Assembly: GCA_038211855.1 (NCBI GenBank)
Contig: JBBQVE010000009.1
Location: 1-60,134 of the forward strand
Reading direction: 5' to 3'
Source of the DNA: Candidatus Saccharimonadales bacterium
Lineage (GTDB): Bacteria; Patescibacteriota; Saccharimonadia; Saccharimonadales; SZUA-47
Length of the DNA: 60,134 nt
In this document: piece after piece, positions 35,851 through 46,700 of the stretch
How positions within the stretch are numbered: position 1 is the stretch's first letter
Layout: the number at the start of each line of letters is the position of its first letter
Notes under the pieces: generated by a model
What the model saw: the letters and a program-made list of their open reading frames with translations, nothing else
Databases searched by the model: none
Told to the model about the DNA's origin: nothing
Position numbers and translations under genes: made by a program

Positions 35851-38466
35851 ATGAGTAAAAACGTTACGAGGCTGTTCGATCAGTTCAACCCACACCACTA
35901 TAAGCTGCATGTATCGATAGATGAGCCGACGATGACCTTTACTGGCGTCGTGACCATCAAAGGTAAAAAAACCGGCCGGCCCAGTAAGCGCCTGACGTTT
36001 CATCAGAAGAATCTCCATATTTCTTCGGCGACAATTGCCTACCACGACAAAAAAGGTCAGGTACATAAAGACATTGCGCGCATTAATAATCATCCGGCCT
36101 ACGATGAAGTTCGTCTACACACTCACGAAATGCTGTATCCCGGCTCCTACACGATTGAACTAACCTTTAGCGGGGCGATTTCACGCAACATGGAAGGTAT
36201 GTACCCCTGTACCTTTGAACACGCTGGCGCACCTGATATGCTCATCGCCACACAATTCGAGAGCCATCATGCCCGAGAAGTTTTTCCTTGCGTCGATGAG
36301 CCTGAAGCGAAAGCTATTTTTGAGTTGTCGCTCGAAACCCGTCCGGGCATCACCGTGCTAAGCAATACGCCGCTCAAAGAGCAATCCGAAGATGATGGAC
36401 GCTTGATAAGTAAGTTTGAGCCAACGCCTATGATGAGTACTTACCTGATGGCGTGGGTAACGGGAAATATGGGCTTTAAAGAAGCGATGAGTAAAACTGG
36501 TATAGCAGTTCGTGCCTATGCGACTCCTGACAATGTGCAGTACGTCGACTTTGCACTCGAAACAGCCGTTCGAAATATCGATTACTATGAAGAATACTTC
36601 GGTATAGCTTACCCGCTGCCAAAATGTGATCTGATTGCGTTGCCCGATTTTGCGAGTGGCGCCATGGAAAACTGGGGCTGCATCACCTTCCGCGAACAAT
36701 GTATGTTAGTTGACCCCGACAATACCTCCTTGCCGACCAAGCAGTTCGTGGCTATGGTTGTGGCTCACGAACTGGCGCACATGTGGTTTGGTAACCTGGT
36801 GACGATGCGCTGGTGGACAGATTTATGGCTCAATGAAGGCTTTGCCAGCTGGATTGAGTATATGACGACCGACGTGCTCTTCCCTGACTGGCAGATGTGG
36901 ACGCAGTTTGTCATCGATGAGCAGCAACAGGCGCTGAAGCTTGATTCGCTCGAAAACACCCATCCAATTGAAGTCCACGTCGGTCATCCTGACGAAATCC
37001 GCACGATATTTGATGCCATCAGCTACAGCAAAGGTGCGAGCGTCATTCATCAGCTGCATGCCTACCTTGGTGATGAGGATTTTAAAAAAGGCATGCACCT
37101 CTACCTGACGCGTCATGCTTATAAAAACACAGTAACGAGCGATCTGTGGCAGGCGCTGGGCGAAGCTAGTGGCAAAAACGTCGCCGAGTTCATGCACGCT
37201 TGGACGTCAAAACCCGGCTATCCAATCGTCCACGTATCCGAAAAAGACGGCAAGCTTCAAGTCAGTCAGAAGCGTTTCACGATGCTCGGCGATGTCTCAC
37301 CTTCCCACGAAGCCTCCTGGCACATCCCACTGCTGGATGATCGAATCGGCGAGACTGCCATCTTGGCCGCAACCCACACCTCACTGGCCATGCCAACGGA
37401 GCAACCGCTGTACTTGAACCGCGACCGCAGCGGTTTTTACCGCGTTTCGTACGAGCACACCCTCCTGATGCAACTGGCGAGTCTGGTAGACAACGGCAAG
37501 TTAGGTCCGCTTGACCGCCTTGGACTGCTAGCTGATCTGTTTGAAGCCAGCAAATCAGGTGACGTCAGCACTGTGACTGCTCTTGAGTTTTTGTCGCATT
37601 ACAAACATGAAGAAAACGCCGTCGTCTGGAATATTATTGCCGGTATGGTCGGCAGTATCCGACTTATTCAAGGGAGTGATGAACTCCGCGATGCTATTAA
37701 GCCTTATATTATTCAATTGGTAAGTCTTGAGTACCAGCGGCTTGGGTGGGATAAGAAACCTACCGACACCTACTTTGACCAACTGTTACGACCGCTTATC
37801 TTAGGCTTATTGGCGAGTGCCGATTACCCTGCTGTTATTGAAAAATGTCTTGAAGTCTTCAAGCATAGCGTCGAAGTTGACAGTGTCAGCCCGGAACTTC
37901 GCATTGCCGCGACTCACACTCAAGTGAAACGTGGTGCTGACATCGACCCAGACATGCGCGGAGTTGTATTTGGCACGGTGGCTCGACTCGGTGATCAGAC
38001 GACCTTCGACAAATTGCTTCATCTCTACCGCACAACTCATTTAAGTGAAGAAAAACTCACCCTGTCTGCTGCCTTAACAGACTTTAGTCAGCCAGAGATT
38101 ATTGATCAGGCACTCGCCATGATCAAAACCGATGCTGTTCGTTTGCAGGACGTTGGCTACTGGCTGGCCTATAGCTTCTTAAATCACCACGCTCGCGAGC
38201 GTACTTGGCAGTGGATGAAAGACAACTGGGACTGGCTGGAACAGAACCTCGGTAGCGATCTCAGCTTCTTTCGAATGCCGATTTATGCAGCCCGCGTGCA
38301 CAGTGACAAGCTGTTTGCGAATAGTTACCGTGAGTTTTTTGAGCCGCGTCTCGCACCTGGCTTTGAACGATCATACAAACAGGGCCTCGAAATGCTAGAA
38401 TGGCAAAGCGCGTGGAAAGATCGCGATTCTCAAGCGATTCTCAAATTCTTCAAAGACCATCAATAA
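35851..38466 (+). CDS. pepN: M1-family aminopeptidase N
   Basis: GAMEN, HELAHMWFGN and WLNEGFA motifs plus an ERAP1-like C-terminal domain. I chose the ATG at 35851 (MSKNVTRLF). The track start at 35845 is a GTG two codons upstream. Confidence 0.92.
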   Translation: MSKNVTRLFDQFNPHHYKLHVSIDEPTMTFTGVVTIKGKKTGRPSKRLTFHQKNLHISSATIAYHDKKGQVHKDIARINNHPAYDEVRLHTHEMLYPGSYTIELTFSGAISRNMEGMYPCTFEHAGAPDMLIATQFESHHAREVFPCVDEPEAKAIFELSLETRPGITVLSNTPLKEQSEDDGRLISKFEPTPMMSTYLMAWVTGNMGFKEAMSKTGIAVRAYATPDNVQYVDFALETAVRNIDYYEEYFGIAYPLPKCDLIALPDFASGAMENWGCITFREQCMLVDPDNTSLPTKQFVAMVVAHELAHMWFGNLVTMRWWTDLWLNEGFASWIEYMTTDVLFPDWQMWTQFVIDEQQQALKLDSLENTHPIEVHVGHPDEIRTIFDAISYSKGASVIHQLHAYLGDEDFKKGMHLYLTRHAYKNTVTSDLWQALGEASGKNVAEFMHAWTSKPGYPIVHVSEKDGKLQVSQKRFTMLGDVSPSHEASWHIPLLDDRIGETAILAATHTSLAMPTEQPLYLNRDRSGFYRVSYEHTLLMQLASLVDNGKLGPLDRLGLLADLFEASKSGDVSTVTALEFLSHYKHEENAVVWNIIAGMVGSIRLIQGSDELRDAIKPYIIQLVSLEYQRLGWDKKPTDTYFDQLLRPLILGLLASADYPAVIEKCLEVFKHSVEVDSVSPELRIAATHTQVKRGADIDPDMRGVVFGTVARLGDQTTFDKLLHLYRTTHLSEEKLTLSAALTDFSQPEIIDQALAMIKTDAVRLQDVGYWLAYSFLNHHARERTWQWMKDNWDWLEQNLGSDLSFFRMPIYAARVHSDKLFANSYREFFEPRLAPGFERSYKQGLEMLEWQSAWKDRDSQAILKFFKDHQ

Positions 38467-38788
38467 ACTCGACTTCGTTTGATTGACCGGCAATGCTGGC
38501 TGCAGCTAACTGGCACTCACCATCATACTTATTGTGTTTTATCCAAAACTCAGCGGCAAACTGCATCTGTTGTAGCTTCTTGGGAGTGATGTAATCGAGG
38601 CCGCTGCCAAAATCGACGTTTTTTCGATACTTCACTTCTACGAAGTACACAACAGCGTCTTTTTGGGCAACAATATCAATCTCACACCAACGATTCTTCC
38701 AGTTTCGTTCAAGGATTTTGTAGCTATTATGCAAAAGCCACTGGCTGGCGAGGTCTTCACCTCGATTGCCAATGACGGTGGTGTGCAT
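38450..38788 (-). CDS. yraN: YraN-family (UPF0102) endonuclease-like protein
   Basis: 112 aa containing GEDLASQWL...YKILERNW....EIDIVA......FVEVKYR. The 3' end overlaps the 3' end of pepN by 17 nt (convergent). Confidence 0.85.
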   Translation of the reverse strand: MHTTVIGNRGEDLASQWLLHNSYKILERNWKNRWCEIDIVAQKDAVVYFVEVKYRKNVDFGSGLDYITPKKLQQMQFAAEFWIKHNKYDGECQLAAASIAGQSNEVEFIDGL

Positions 38789-38797
38789 AGTACTAAA

Positions 38798-39238
38798 TTA
38801 AGCTTCGGTTGGTGCTTCTGCAGCAGGTGCTTCAGGCGCGACTTCTTCAACGACTGGTGCTTCTTCAAGCGTGTTAACAGAGTTCTTATCAAAATCAACA
38901 CCTGAAAGACGAGCTGATTTGCCCTTAAGGGCACGCATGTAGCTGATGTAGTTGCGACGAACCTTCGTACGCTTGGTGACTTCAACTTTCACGATCAGCG
39001 GGCTGTGCATAATGTAAGTCTTCTCGACACCAACACCACTGGCGATGCGGCGTACAGTAATGCTACTAGTCAGGCTTTTTGGGCGATCGGTACGAATAAC
39101 GAGGCCTTCAAACATCTGGACACGCTCTTTGTTGCCTTCACGGATCTTCTGGCTGACACGAACGGTATCACCGGGACGTACATCGACAACGGCGTGTTTT
39201 TTATACTTAGCATCAATTTTCTGAGCAATAGATTGCAT
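38798..39238 (-). CDS. rplS: 50S ribosomal protein L19 (Ala/Glu/Pro-rich C-terminal extension)
   Basis: 146 aa with L19 core sequence (RPGDTVRVSQKIREGNKERVQMFEGLVI..., RRIASGVGVEKTY). Confidence 0.95.
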   Translation of the reverse strand: MQSIAQKIDAKYKKHAVVDVRPGDTVRVSQKIREGNKERVQMFEGLVIRTDRPKSLTSSITVRRIASGVGVEKTYIMHSPLIVKVEVTKRTKVRRNYISYMRALKGKSARLSGVDFDKNSVNTLEEAPVVEEVAPEAPAAEAPTEA

Positions 39239-39338
39239 GGGTTCTGACCTTAACTTCTAAATTATTTGTTTTCATTATACCACATAAATTGTAGATTAAA
39301 ATACCTTTTACACCGGTACATAGGACTACAATTAGTGT

Positions 39339-40466
39339 ATGGATATTTATGAAGAAGCCCTCGAACTACACAAAAAGCTTAAAGGTAAAATAAACATTGG
39401 TTTGCGGGGCGCCGTCACGAAGGACACGCTTAAGCTATTCTACTCACCTGGGGTCGGGGCGGCGTCGCTCTATGCGCAAGGCAGCGCTGACAAATTGAAG
39501 GAGGTATCTTGGACGAATAACCTTGTAGCAGTGGTCTCAGATGGATCAGCAGTGCTTGGCCTGGGAGACATTGGCCCTTACGGCGCTATGCCTGTCATGG
39601 AAGGCAAAGCCATGCTGTTCAAACAGTTTGCTGGAATTGATGCTGTGCCAATTGTCCTAGATGTGCACACAGCAGATGAAATCGTTGCAGCTGTCAAAGC
39701 AATCGCGCCAAGCTTTGGAGGGATTAATCTTGAAGATATCGCAGCGCCGAAGTGTTTTGAAATCGAAGAACGACTCAAAGCAGAGCTTTCCATCCCCGTC
39801 ATGCACGACGACCAGCATGGTACGGCAATCGTCGTGCTCGCGGGCCTTATAAATGCCCTCAAGTTGCGCGGTACAGCGATTAAAGACACACGTATAGTGA
39901 TTGTGGGTGCTGGCGCGGCAGGTACGGCAATCGGCAAACTACTGCAACTGTACGGCGCTCAGGACATTGTGATGGTCGATAGTAAAGGTATCGTTGGACC
40001 AAAACGCAACGATTTGAATGATGAGAAGAAGAAGTTACTGAAGCTTAACACGCGGGGACGTGATGGGTCTTTAGGGGATGCACTGGCCGGCGCAGATGTC
40101 TTTATAGGCGTCTCAAAGGCTGGGCTTCTCACCCCAGAACTCGTCAAAACCATGGCGAAGGCGCCGATTGTCTTTGCGATGGCCAATCCGAACCCCGAAA
40201 TTTTACCGGATGATGGCTATAAAGCCGGCGCTTTGGTCGTCGCCACAGGACGCAGTGACTTCCCAAACCAGGTCAATAATTCTCTCGGCTTTCCAGGTAT
40301 TTTCAGAGGTGCACTCGATCACAATATTACGAAGATTACCGATCAACACAAACTGGCTGCCGCAAAAGCTCTGGCAGCACTCGTTCCACATCCAACCAAA
40401 GACAAAATCATTCCTGGTCCGTTTGATGACGGTGTCGTTGAAGCAGTTGCTTCAGTTATCGTTTAG
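39339..40466 (+). CDS. NAD(P)-dependent malic enzyme (short form)
   Basis: 375 aa with YSPGV, VAVVSDGSAVLGLGDIG, MEGKAMLFK, VGAGAAG and ANPNPE blocks. Confidence 0.9.
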   Translation: MDIYEEALELHKKLKGKINIGLRGAVTKDTLKLFYSPGVGAASLYAQGSADKLKEVSWTNNLVAVVSDGSAVLGLGDIGPYGAMPVMEGKAMLFKQFAGIDAVPIVLDVHTADEIVAAVKAIAPSFGGINLEDIAAPKCFEIEERLKAELSIPVMHDDQHGTAIVVLAGLINALKLRGTAIKDTRIVIVGAGAAGTAIGKLLQLYGAQDIVMVDSKGIVGPKRNDLNDEKKKLLKLNTRGRDGSLGDALAGADVFIGVSKAGLLTPELVKTMAKAPIVFAMANPNPEILPDDGYKAGALVVATGRSDFPNQVNNSLGFPGIFRGALDHNITKITDQHKLAAAKALAALVPHPTKDKIIPGPFDDGVVEAVASVIV

Positions 40467-42064
40467 CCAACGACGCGTAGAATTTCTTCGAGTGTCGTCT
40501 CGCCAGCGATGACCTTTAAGGCGCCATCTTGCAACATCGTCTTCATACCACTCGCAATGGCAACTGCCTCAATCTCTTGTGTAGGAGCTGTGGCGCCATT
40601 ATCCAGCAATGCTTCGACGGCTGGTGTTAATTTAAACTGTTCGCGAAGCGCGATTTGCCCCTTATAGCCGTAAGGATTATCGGGCCCTGGCACAGGTTTA
40701 TACAGTGTGAGATTTGTCAAATCGGGACGCTTGATGCCTTCAGGTAGTCCATCGACGATCTGTTGCAGCCAACGCTTCGCTGCCTCATCGGCTGGATAGC
40801 CTTGCTTGGTAGCAGGATCAAGGCGACGTATGAGCCGCTGCGCCATCACCAGTCGTATGGCCGAGACGAACAAGGGATTGCGGCCAATCATGTCCATTAA
40901 GCGCGTCATGGCCGCCGACGCACTTGAGGCGTGGAAGGTAGAAAGGACGAGATGCCCAGTGAGGGCCGCTTGTAGCGCAGTTTTCGCAGTATCGTTATCA
41001 CGGATCTCACCGACCATAATAATGTCCGGGTCGAGGCGTAGAACAGCACGCAACTTCTCGGCAAAGCTGTTTTCCTTGGAATTCTGCGTTGTGACCGACA
41101 ACTGAGAAATGCCACTAAAGCGATACTCAACTGGATCTTCAACGGTAATTATCTTACGCTCGTCGCTGTTAAGCGTGTTCAGCATTGAATAAAGCGTAGT
41201 TGTTTTGCCGGAACCTGTTGGTCCAACTACCAGTACGAGTCCACTTGGCTTGGCAATAATCTCGTCAATAACGGTGCGCTCTGATGGCGACAATCCGAGT
41301 CGCTCAAGATTATACATCGACTGATCGAGATTAAATAAACGCATAACTGCGTCGATGCCGGTAATTGTCGGGACGGCTTCGAGGCGTACATTAACATCAA
41401 CTTTTGTGCCATCGGCCATCACAATCTCTTGGGCAATATGGCCTTGCTGGGCATCATCGGCCACAGTTGATATATCAGCAGCACTAGCAATCGCCGAGAT
41501 AAGTACACGATATTTATCGGGACTGAGGTTTGCTACCACATGCAGGACGCCATCAATTCGGTAGCGGACTCTGGTGTGGTCTTCTTGCGTCTCCAGGTGA
41601 ATATCCGAAGCATTCAAGCGGTGCGCCTGCTGCACGAGGTATGCGAGAATATCATCAGCTCGTACTTGGTCGAGCACAGTCGAAACTTGGGCGACGAGTA
41701 GATCATTGTTTTCGGCTGTAATTTGGATATCCGAATACTCCACTTTTTTGGGCGGATTGTACGCCAGCATGTACTCGCGGTAGCCTGTGTCAGAGATAAT
41801 CGCAAAGTTAATCTGCTGGTCCAGAAAACGCTGTTTGATTGACTGCATCGTCTGTTGTGATGTACTCGTCGTAATGCCAAAAGTAATATGGTGTGCATCG
41901 GCGCTCAGGGGCGTCACGCGTATCGTGTTCATCTCTTCGATCGACAGAAGGTCTTTGTACAGTGGACGCTCGGGCATGGTGGAAACGTTAATATAGGTCA
42001 TTCCTAATAGCTGAGCACGGCGCGCAGTCGACTGCTCTTCATCGAAACGTATATCTTGTGACAT
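40463..42064 (-). CDS. pilB: GspE/PilB-family secretion ATPase (type IV pilus assembly ATPase-like)
   Basis: 533 aa with an N-terminal T2SSE_N-like domain, Walker A GPTGSGKTTT, Asp box, Walker B IMVGEIRD and His box LVLSTFH. Confidence 0.85.
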   Translation of the reverse strand: MSQDIRFDEEQSTARRAQLLGMTYINVSTMPERPLYKDLLSIEEMNTIRVTPLSADAHHITFGITTSTSQQTMQSIKQRFLDQQINFAIISDTGYREYMLAYNPPKKVEYSDIQITAENNDLLVAQVSTVLDQVRADDILAYLVQQAHRLNASDIHLETQEDHTRVRYRIDGVLHVVANLSPDKYRVLISAIASAADISTVADDAQQGHIAQEIVMADGTKVDVNVRLEAVPTITGIDAVMRLFNLDQSMYNLERLGLSPSERTVIDEIIAKPSGLVLVVGPTGSGKTTTLYSMLNTLNSDERKIITVEDPVEYRFSGISQLSVTTQNSKENSFAEKLRAVLRLDPDIIMVGEIRDNDTAKTALQAALTGHLVLSTFHASSASAAMTRLMDMIGRNPLFVSAIRLVMAQRLIRRLDPATKQGYPADEAAKRWLQQIVDGLPEGIKRPDLTNLTLYKPVPGPDNPYGYKGQIALREQFKLTPAVEALLDNGATAPTQEIEAVAIASGMKTMLQDGALKVIAGETTLEEILRVVG

Positions 42065-42111
42065 TACCTATATTATAAACATAACCATATAGAGTTTGCT
42101 ACTCTAGTAGC

Positions 42112-42621
42112 ATGAATTGTGTCTTGGTCGCTGTTAATGTTCGTAGTTCACATAATGTCGGCTCTTTCTTCAGAACCTGCGACGGATTAGGTGTAGATGG
42201 CCTGTACCTCACCGGCATCACCCCCTACCCGACCGGTCTTCCCGACGATGTTCGTCTGCCGCATGTTGCAGAAAAAGCCGAAAAGGACATACATAAAACA
42301 GCGCTTGGTGCCGAAAAAACGCTTACGTGGACCTATCATCCCAATACGATGCATGTCTTAGAGGGATTAAAAGAGGCAGGGTGGGAGCTTTGCGCATTAG
42401 AACAAGCCATCAATTCAACTGATCTTACCATGCATACGATACGTGATAAAGTCGCTTTGATTGTCGGCAATGAAGTCGATGGATTGCCAGAAGACATACT
42501 CGATTACTGTAATAAGATTCTTGAGATACCTATGCAGGGCAACAAAGAGTCGTTCAATGTGTCGGTAGCGGCTGGCATGGCCCTCTTTTGGATTAAAAAT
42601 AACTGGACGATACCGTCGTGA
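42112..42621 (+). CDS. TrmH/SpoU-family RNA 2'-O-methyltransferase
   Basis: 169 aa with SHNVGSFFRTCDG, LIVGNEVDGL and ESFNVSVAAGMALF motifs. Confidence 0.8.
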   Translation: MNCVLVAVNVRSSHNVGSFFRTCDGLGVDGLYLTGITPYPTGLPDDVRLPHVAEKAEKDIHKTALGAEKTLTWTYHPNTMHVLEGLKEAGWELCALEQAINSTDLTMHTIRDKVALIVGNEVDGLPEDILDYCNKILEIPMQGNKESFNVSVAAGMALFWIKNNWTIPS

Positions 42622-42662
42622 TTATGGTTAAATATGTAAAAGCGTTAATACTATACATATAG

Positions 42663-43733
42663 ATGAAAAAACTACTAAAAAAAGCCAAACCGACACGTAG
42701 CACCAAAAGCTCAAAGCAGCAGAAACAAAACCAGAACTTTCTGAAAGTTTACTGGCCGTATTTACCCCTATTTATTCTAGTATTTCTCGGTATGGCGTTT
42801 GGAATCGGCCTACCAGGTAAATCGCCATTGATTTCAAGCTCTGGAGTACTGGCATATGCGACTGAGATGAGTACCAGTGGTCTACTGAGTGCCACCAATA
42901 GCCAGCGAGCTAGCAACGGCGGCCTGGCAGGACTAACATTGAACAGCAAACTAGCAGCCGCGGCCCAAACGAAAGCCAATGATATGGTAGCTCGCAATTA
43001 TTGGTCGCATAACACGCCTGACGGTAAAGAACCGTGGACCTTCGTCGATGCACAGGGGTATGAATATCAAAAAGCCGGCGAAAACCTCGCTTATGGCTTC
43101 GAAAACAGCGATGCCACTGTTACTGGCTGGATGAATAGCCCGAGCCACCGCGCCAATATCCTTGATACTGCCTACAAAGAGGTTGGCTTTGGCTTTGCGA
43201 ATGGCGCTAACTTTGTGTCTACCGGTGAAGAAACCGTCGTTGTTGCCATGTATGGCAACCCAGCTGCACCGGTCGCGACGAGCGTAAACGTCTCAACGCC
43301 CAACGCAACAGTTGCTGCCAGCGCCAAGGCAACTGCAGTAATACCTACTCCTGTCAGCACGCCTGCTGCCGAACCAACCAAAGTCATTGGCGACACCGTA
43401 GAGCCGGTAAAAGCCGCTGCAAAACCAGTCGCTGCTGACCGCGTTAATCAAGCAATAAACTCTGATGTACCGATTCCAGCTTCTCAGCCCTCAACAAAGA
43501 TAACTAAACTTCAGACCTTGACACATGGCATTGCACCTTGGAGCGCAGCAGCTCTCAGTGCCACCGTCCTCGTCGTGACGCTCCTTTGGGCCGGAAAACA
43601 CGCACTGGTCGTAAAAAGGGTCCTTGTAGACGGCGAAATATTCCTGCTGCATCACCCGATTCTTGATGTTGGTGTCATGAGTCTTGTCGCCCTCGGCGTA
43701 CTCCTTAGCCGAAGTTCCGGCGTTGTCAAATAG
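42663..43733 (+). CDS. membrane-associated CAP/SCP (YkwD-like) domain protein
   Basis: 356 aa with a Lys-rich N-terminus and TM helix. The CAP block reads NYWSHNTP...GENLAYGF...GWMNSPSHRANIL...EVGFG. It continues with an Ala/Pro/Thr linker and C-terminal hydrophobic helices. Confidence 0.7.
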   Translation: MKKLLKKAKPTRSTKSSKQQKQNQNFLKVYWPYLPLFILVFLGMAFGIGLPGKSPLISSSGVLAYATEMSTSGLLSATNSQRASNGGLAGLTLNSKLAAAAQTKANDMVARNYWSHNTPDGKEPWTFVDAQGYEYQKAGENLAYGFENSDATVTGWMNSPSHRANILDTAYKEVGFGFANGANFVSTGEETVVVAMYGNPAAPVATSVNVSTPNATVAASAKATAVIPTPVSTPAAEPTKVIGDTVEPVKAAAKPVAADRVNQAINSDVPIPASQPSTKITKLQTLTHGIAPWSAAALSATVLVVTLLWAGKHALVVKRVLVDGEIFLLHHPILDVGVMSLVALGVLLSRSSGVVK

Positions 43734-46700
43734 CTATTGAATCCTGACGTTATCGTTACCAAAAATGGTCTGTAATTCTTTTTTGAGTGTCTCATTGCCT
43801 GCTACTTTTTGCGGTAATCGAATCGCCTGTTTGTTCTCGCTTGTACCAATAATAAGCACAACTTCATCGCTTCCCGCGTCAGCAATATCAACAACTGATT
43901 TAAGCGCCTGAAGTGTGCCTTGGTCTTCAGTCGATGCAAGACGGATGTACACTCGCTTGATGGTACTTGTATCCGGTTTTGCTGCAGGTTCGCCTTTTTT
44001 ATATGGTGCCCCGCCGGTTGATTTTTGACCGGGCAGTTTGACGCTTCGACCAGTTGCCTGATAAGCCTGGGCCTGCTCATGTGTCACGACGCGGGCTTCA
44101 TCGGCAAGGACCTTCAACTCTTCTTGCACTTTGCCATCTTTATCGCGAGCGCTCAGTTTGCCCTTTGCAATAATGACTGCGTCGGGTTTCCAGAGATCAA
44201 TCGTCTGTTGCAAGACGCTGGGAAAGAGGATAAGTTCGATGTCGCCCGCCAGACTGGAGAGCTTCACAAAAGCCATCGCTTGACCGTTTTTTGTAGTAAT
44301 CGTACGATTCGAAGCCACTACGCCACCAACCACTACGCGTTTACCGTCCATGACTGGTTTTAGCTGGTCAATTGGCATGGTCAACTCCTCAAAGAGCGTC
44401 TTATAGCTTTCGAGGGGGTGCTGTAATAGGTAGAGGCCAAGAAGTTCCCGTTCCCACTGCAAATAATTATTTAATGCATACCCGCCAGAACCTTTGGTAA
44501 GCACGATCTGTGGCCCGTAATCTTTAGTCTTCTCAATTGCATTCCCAAAAAGATCGGTCTGCCCACTGGCGTTTTCACGATGTTTTTTGGCGCCAAATGC
44601 TAGTAATGTCTCGATATTGTGCAGCAAGACACCACGATCTTCAAAACGATCAAAAGCACCAGCCTTAATGAGACTTTCTACAGCTTTGCGATTCACCACA
44701 TGCGGATTTATTTTACTAAAAAAATCATCGAGACCAGTAAATGGTCCACCACTATCACGCGCCCGGATAATTTCTTCGACTGCAGCAGTGCCAACATTTT
44801 TGATGGCCTTCATGCCAAAGCGCACCTGTGGCTCATTTGGTACGATGGCAAATTCCAAGAATGATTCATTAACATCTGGCGGCATGACCTTAAGCCCCAT
44901 ACTCGTACATTCACTGATTTCTATGCTAAGGCGATCCAGATCATCAAAATCACTCGTCATGAGCGCCGCCATAAAAGCAGCCGGATAATGGGCCTTTAGA
45001 TTGGCAGTCTGGTAGGCAATCATAGCATAACAAGCAGCGTGAGACTTGTTAAAGCAGTAAGCCGCAAAATCTTCTAACTGCTTCCAGAACTTCTCCATCA
45101 TCGGCTCGGTGGCGCCCGAATTCTTGATCGCACCTTCAATAAAGGCTTTTTTCATCTTATTCATGACTTCAACCTGCTTTTTGCCGATTGCCTTGCGCAG
45201 TGTATCGGCCTGACCGCCCGTAAAGCCAGAAAGATCCTTACTAATCTGCATGACCTGCTCTTGGTAGACGAGCACGCCGTACGTATTCTTGAGAGCCGGC
45301 TCCATGGCGGCATGCATGTATTCAATCTCTCGTTCGCCGTGTTTACGCGCAATAAAATCCTCGATGAACTGCATAGGCCCCGGGCGGTAGAGAGCGACCA
45401 TCGCAATGATATCGTCAAAAACGGTCGGTTTCAGTTCCTTTAGATAGCGCTTCATGCCTGCAGATTCAAGTTGGAAAACCCCAGTTGTTTCGCCGCGTTG
45501 CAACAACTCGAACGTCGGTGTGTCATCAAGTGGAATCGTGTTAATATCGATATCCGTGCCGTCGACGCGCTTAATAATACGTAAGGTGTTTTTGATAATT
45601 GTTAGGTTGGAAAGTCCCAAGAAGTCCATCTTAAGCAGACCGAGTTCTTCGACTGGACCCATCGGATACTGTGTTGCGATGACGCCTTTCTGAGCCATTT
45701 CAAGCGGCACATAATTAACGATGTCACTCGGTGCAATCACCACACCCGCAGCATGTACACCGTGACTACGGATCGTGCCTTCCAGTTTGACGGCTAGATC
45801 AAAGACCTGGCGGCTCTGTTGATTGGATTCGTTCTCGGCCTTGAGCTCAGCACTCTGTTCGAGCGAAACTTTGAGTGGAATATGCCTTCCCTGCACCGGC
45901 GGTGGAATCATCTTAGAGAGTCGGTCGGCGTCGGCGTAGGGCACACGTAGCACACGCGCAACATCACGCACGGCGTTACGGGCGGCCATCTTACCAAAAG
46001 TGACGATGTTGGCAACCCGATTACTGCCATACTTTTGGACGCAATACTGAATGACTTCGTCGCGTCGGGTGTCCTGAATATCGATGTCGATATCTGGCAT
46101 GCTAATACGATCGGGATTTAAGAAACGCTCGAATAACAGATCATACAAGAGCGGATCAAGTTCCGTAATCTTTAACGCATAAGAGATAATTGAACCTGCC
46201 GCGCTACCACGACCCGGACCAAAGACGATGCCTTCGCGCTTTCCCCAGCCGATAAAGTCAGCGATGATGAGAAAATAACCGTTAAAGCCCATCTGGTCAA
46301 TCACACCAAGTTCATAGGCAGTTCGTTTGGCAACATCGTCAGAAAGAGTCTTCTTGGCTTCAGGGATGCTCATTTTTTGTGCGACCACATCTTCGACTCC
46401 ACCATAGCGCCAAGCTAAACCACGGTACACATCACGGTGCAACGTGTCTTTTTCATTTTCGCCTTTGGGTAGTGGAAATTTTGGAATCAGGATCTTACCA
46501 AGTTCCAGCGTGACCTCGCAGCGATCAGCAATTGCTTTCGTATTTGTAATGACCGCTGCATCCTCACCGCCCCACCGTTCGATAATCTCCCTAGGATCAG
46601 TCACGTGCAACTCAAACTCCTTAAGGGACATTCGTTTTTCTTCATCAAGGAATGATCCGGTCTGCACGCATAACAAGATTTCGTGGGCTTCTTGATCGGC

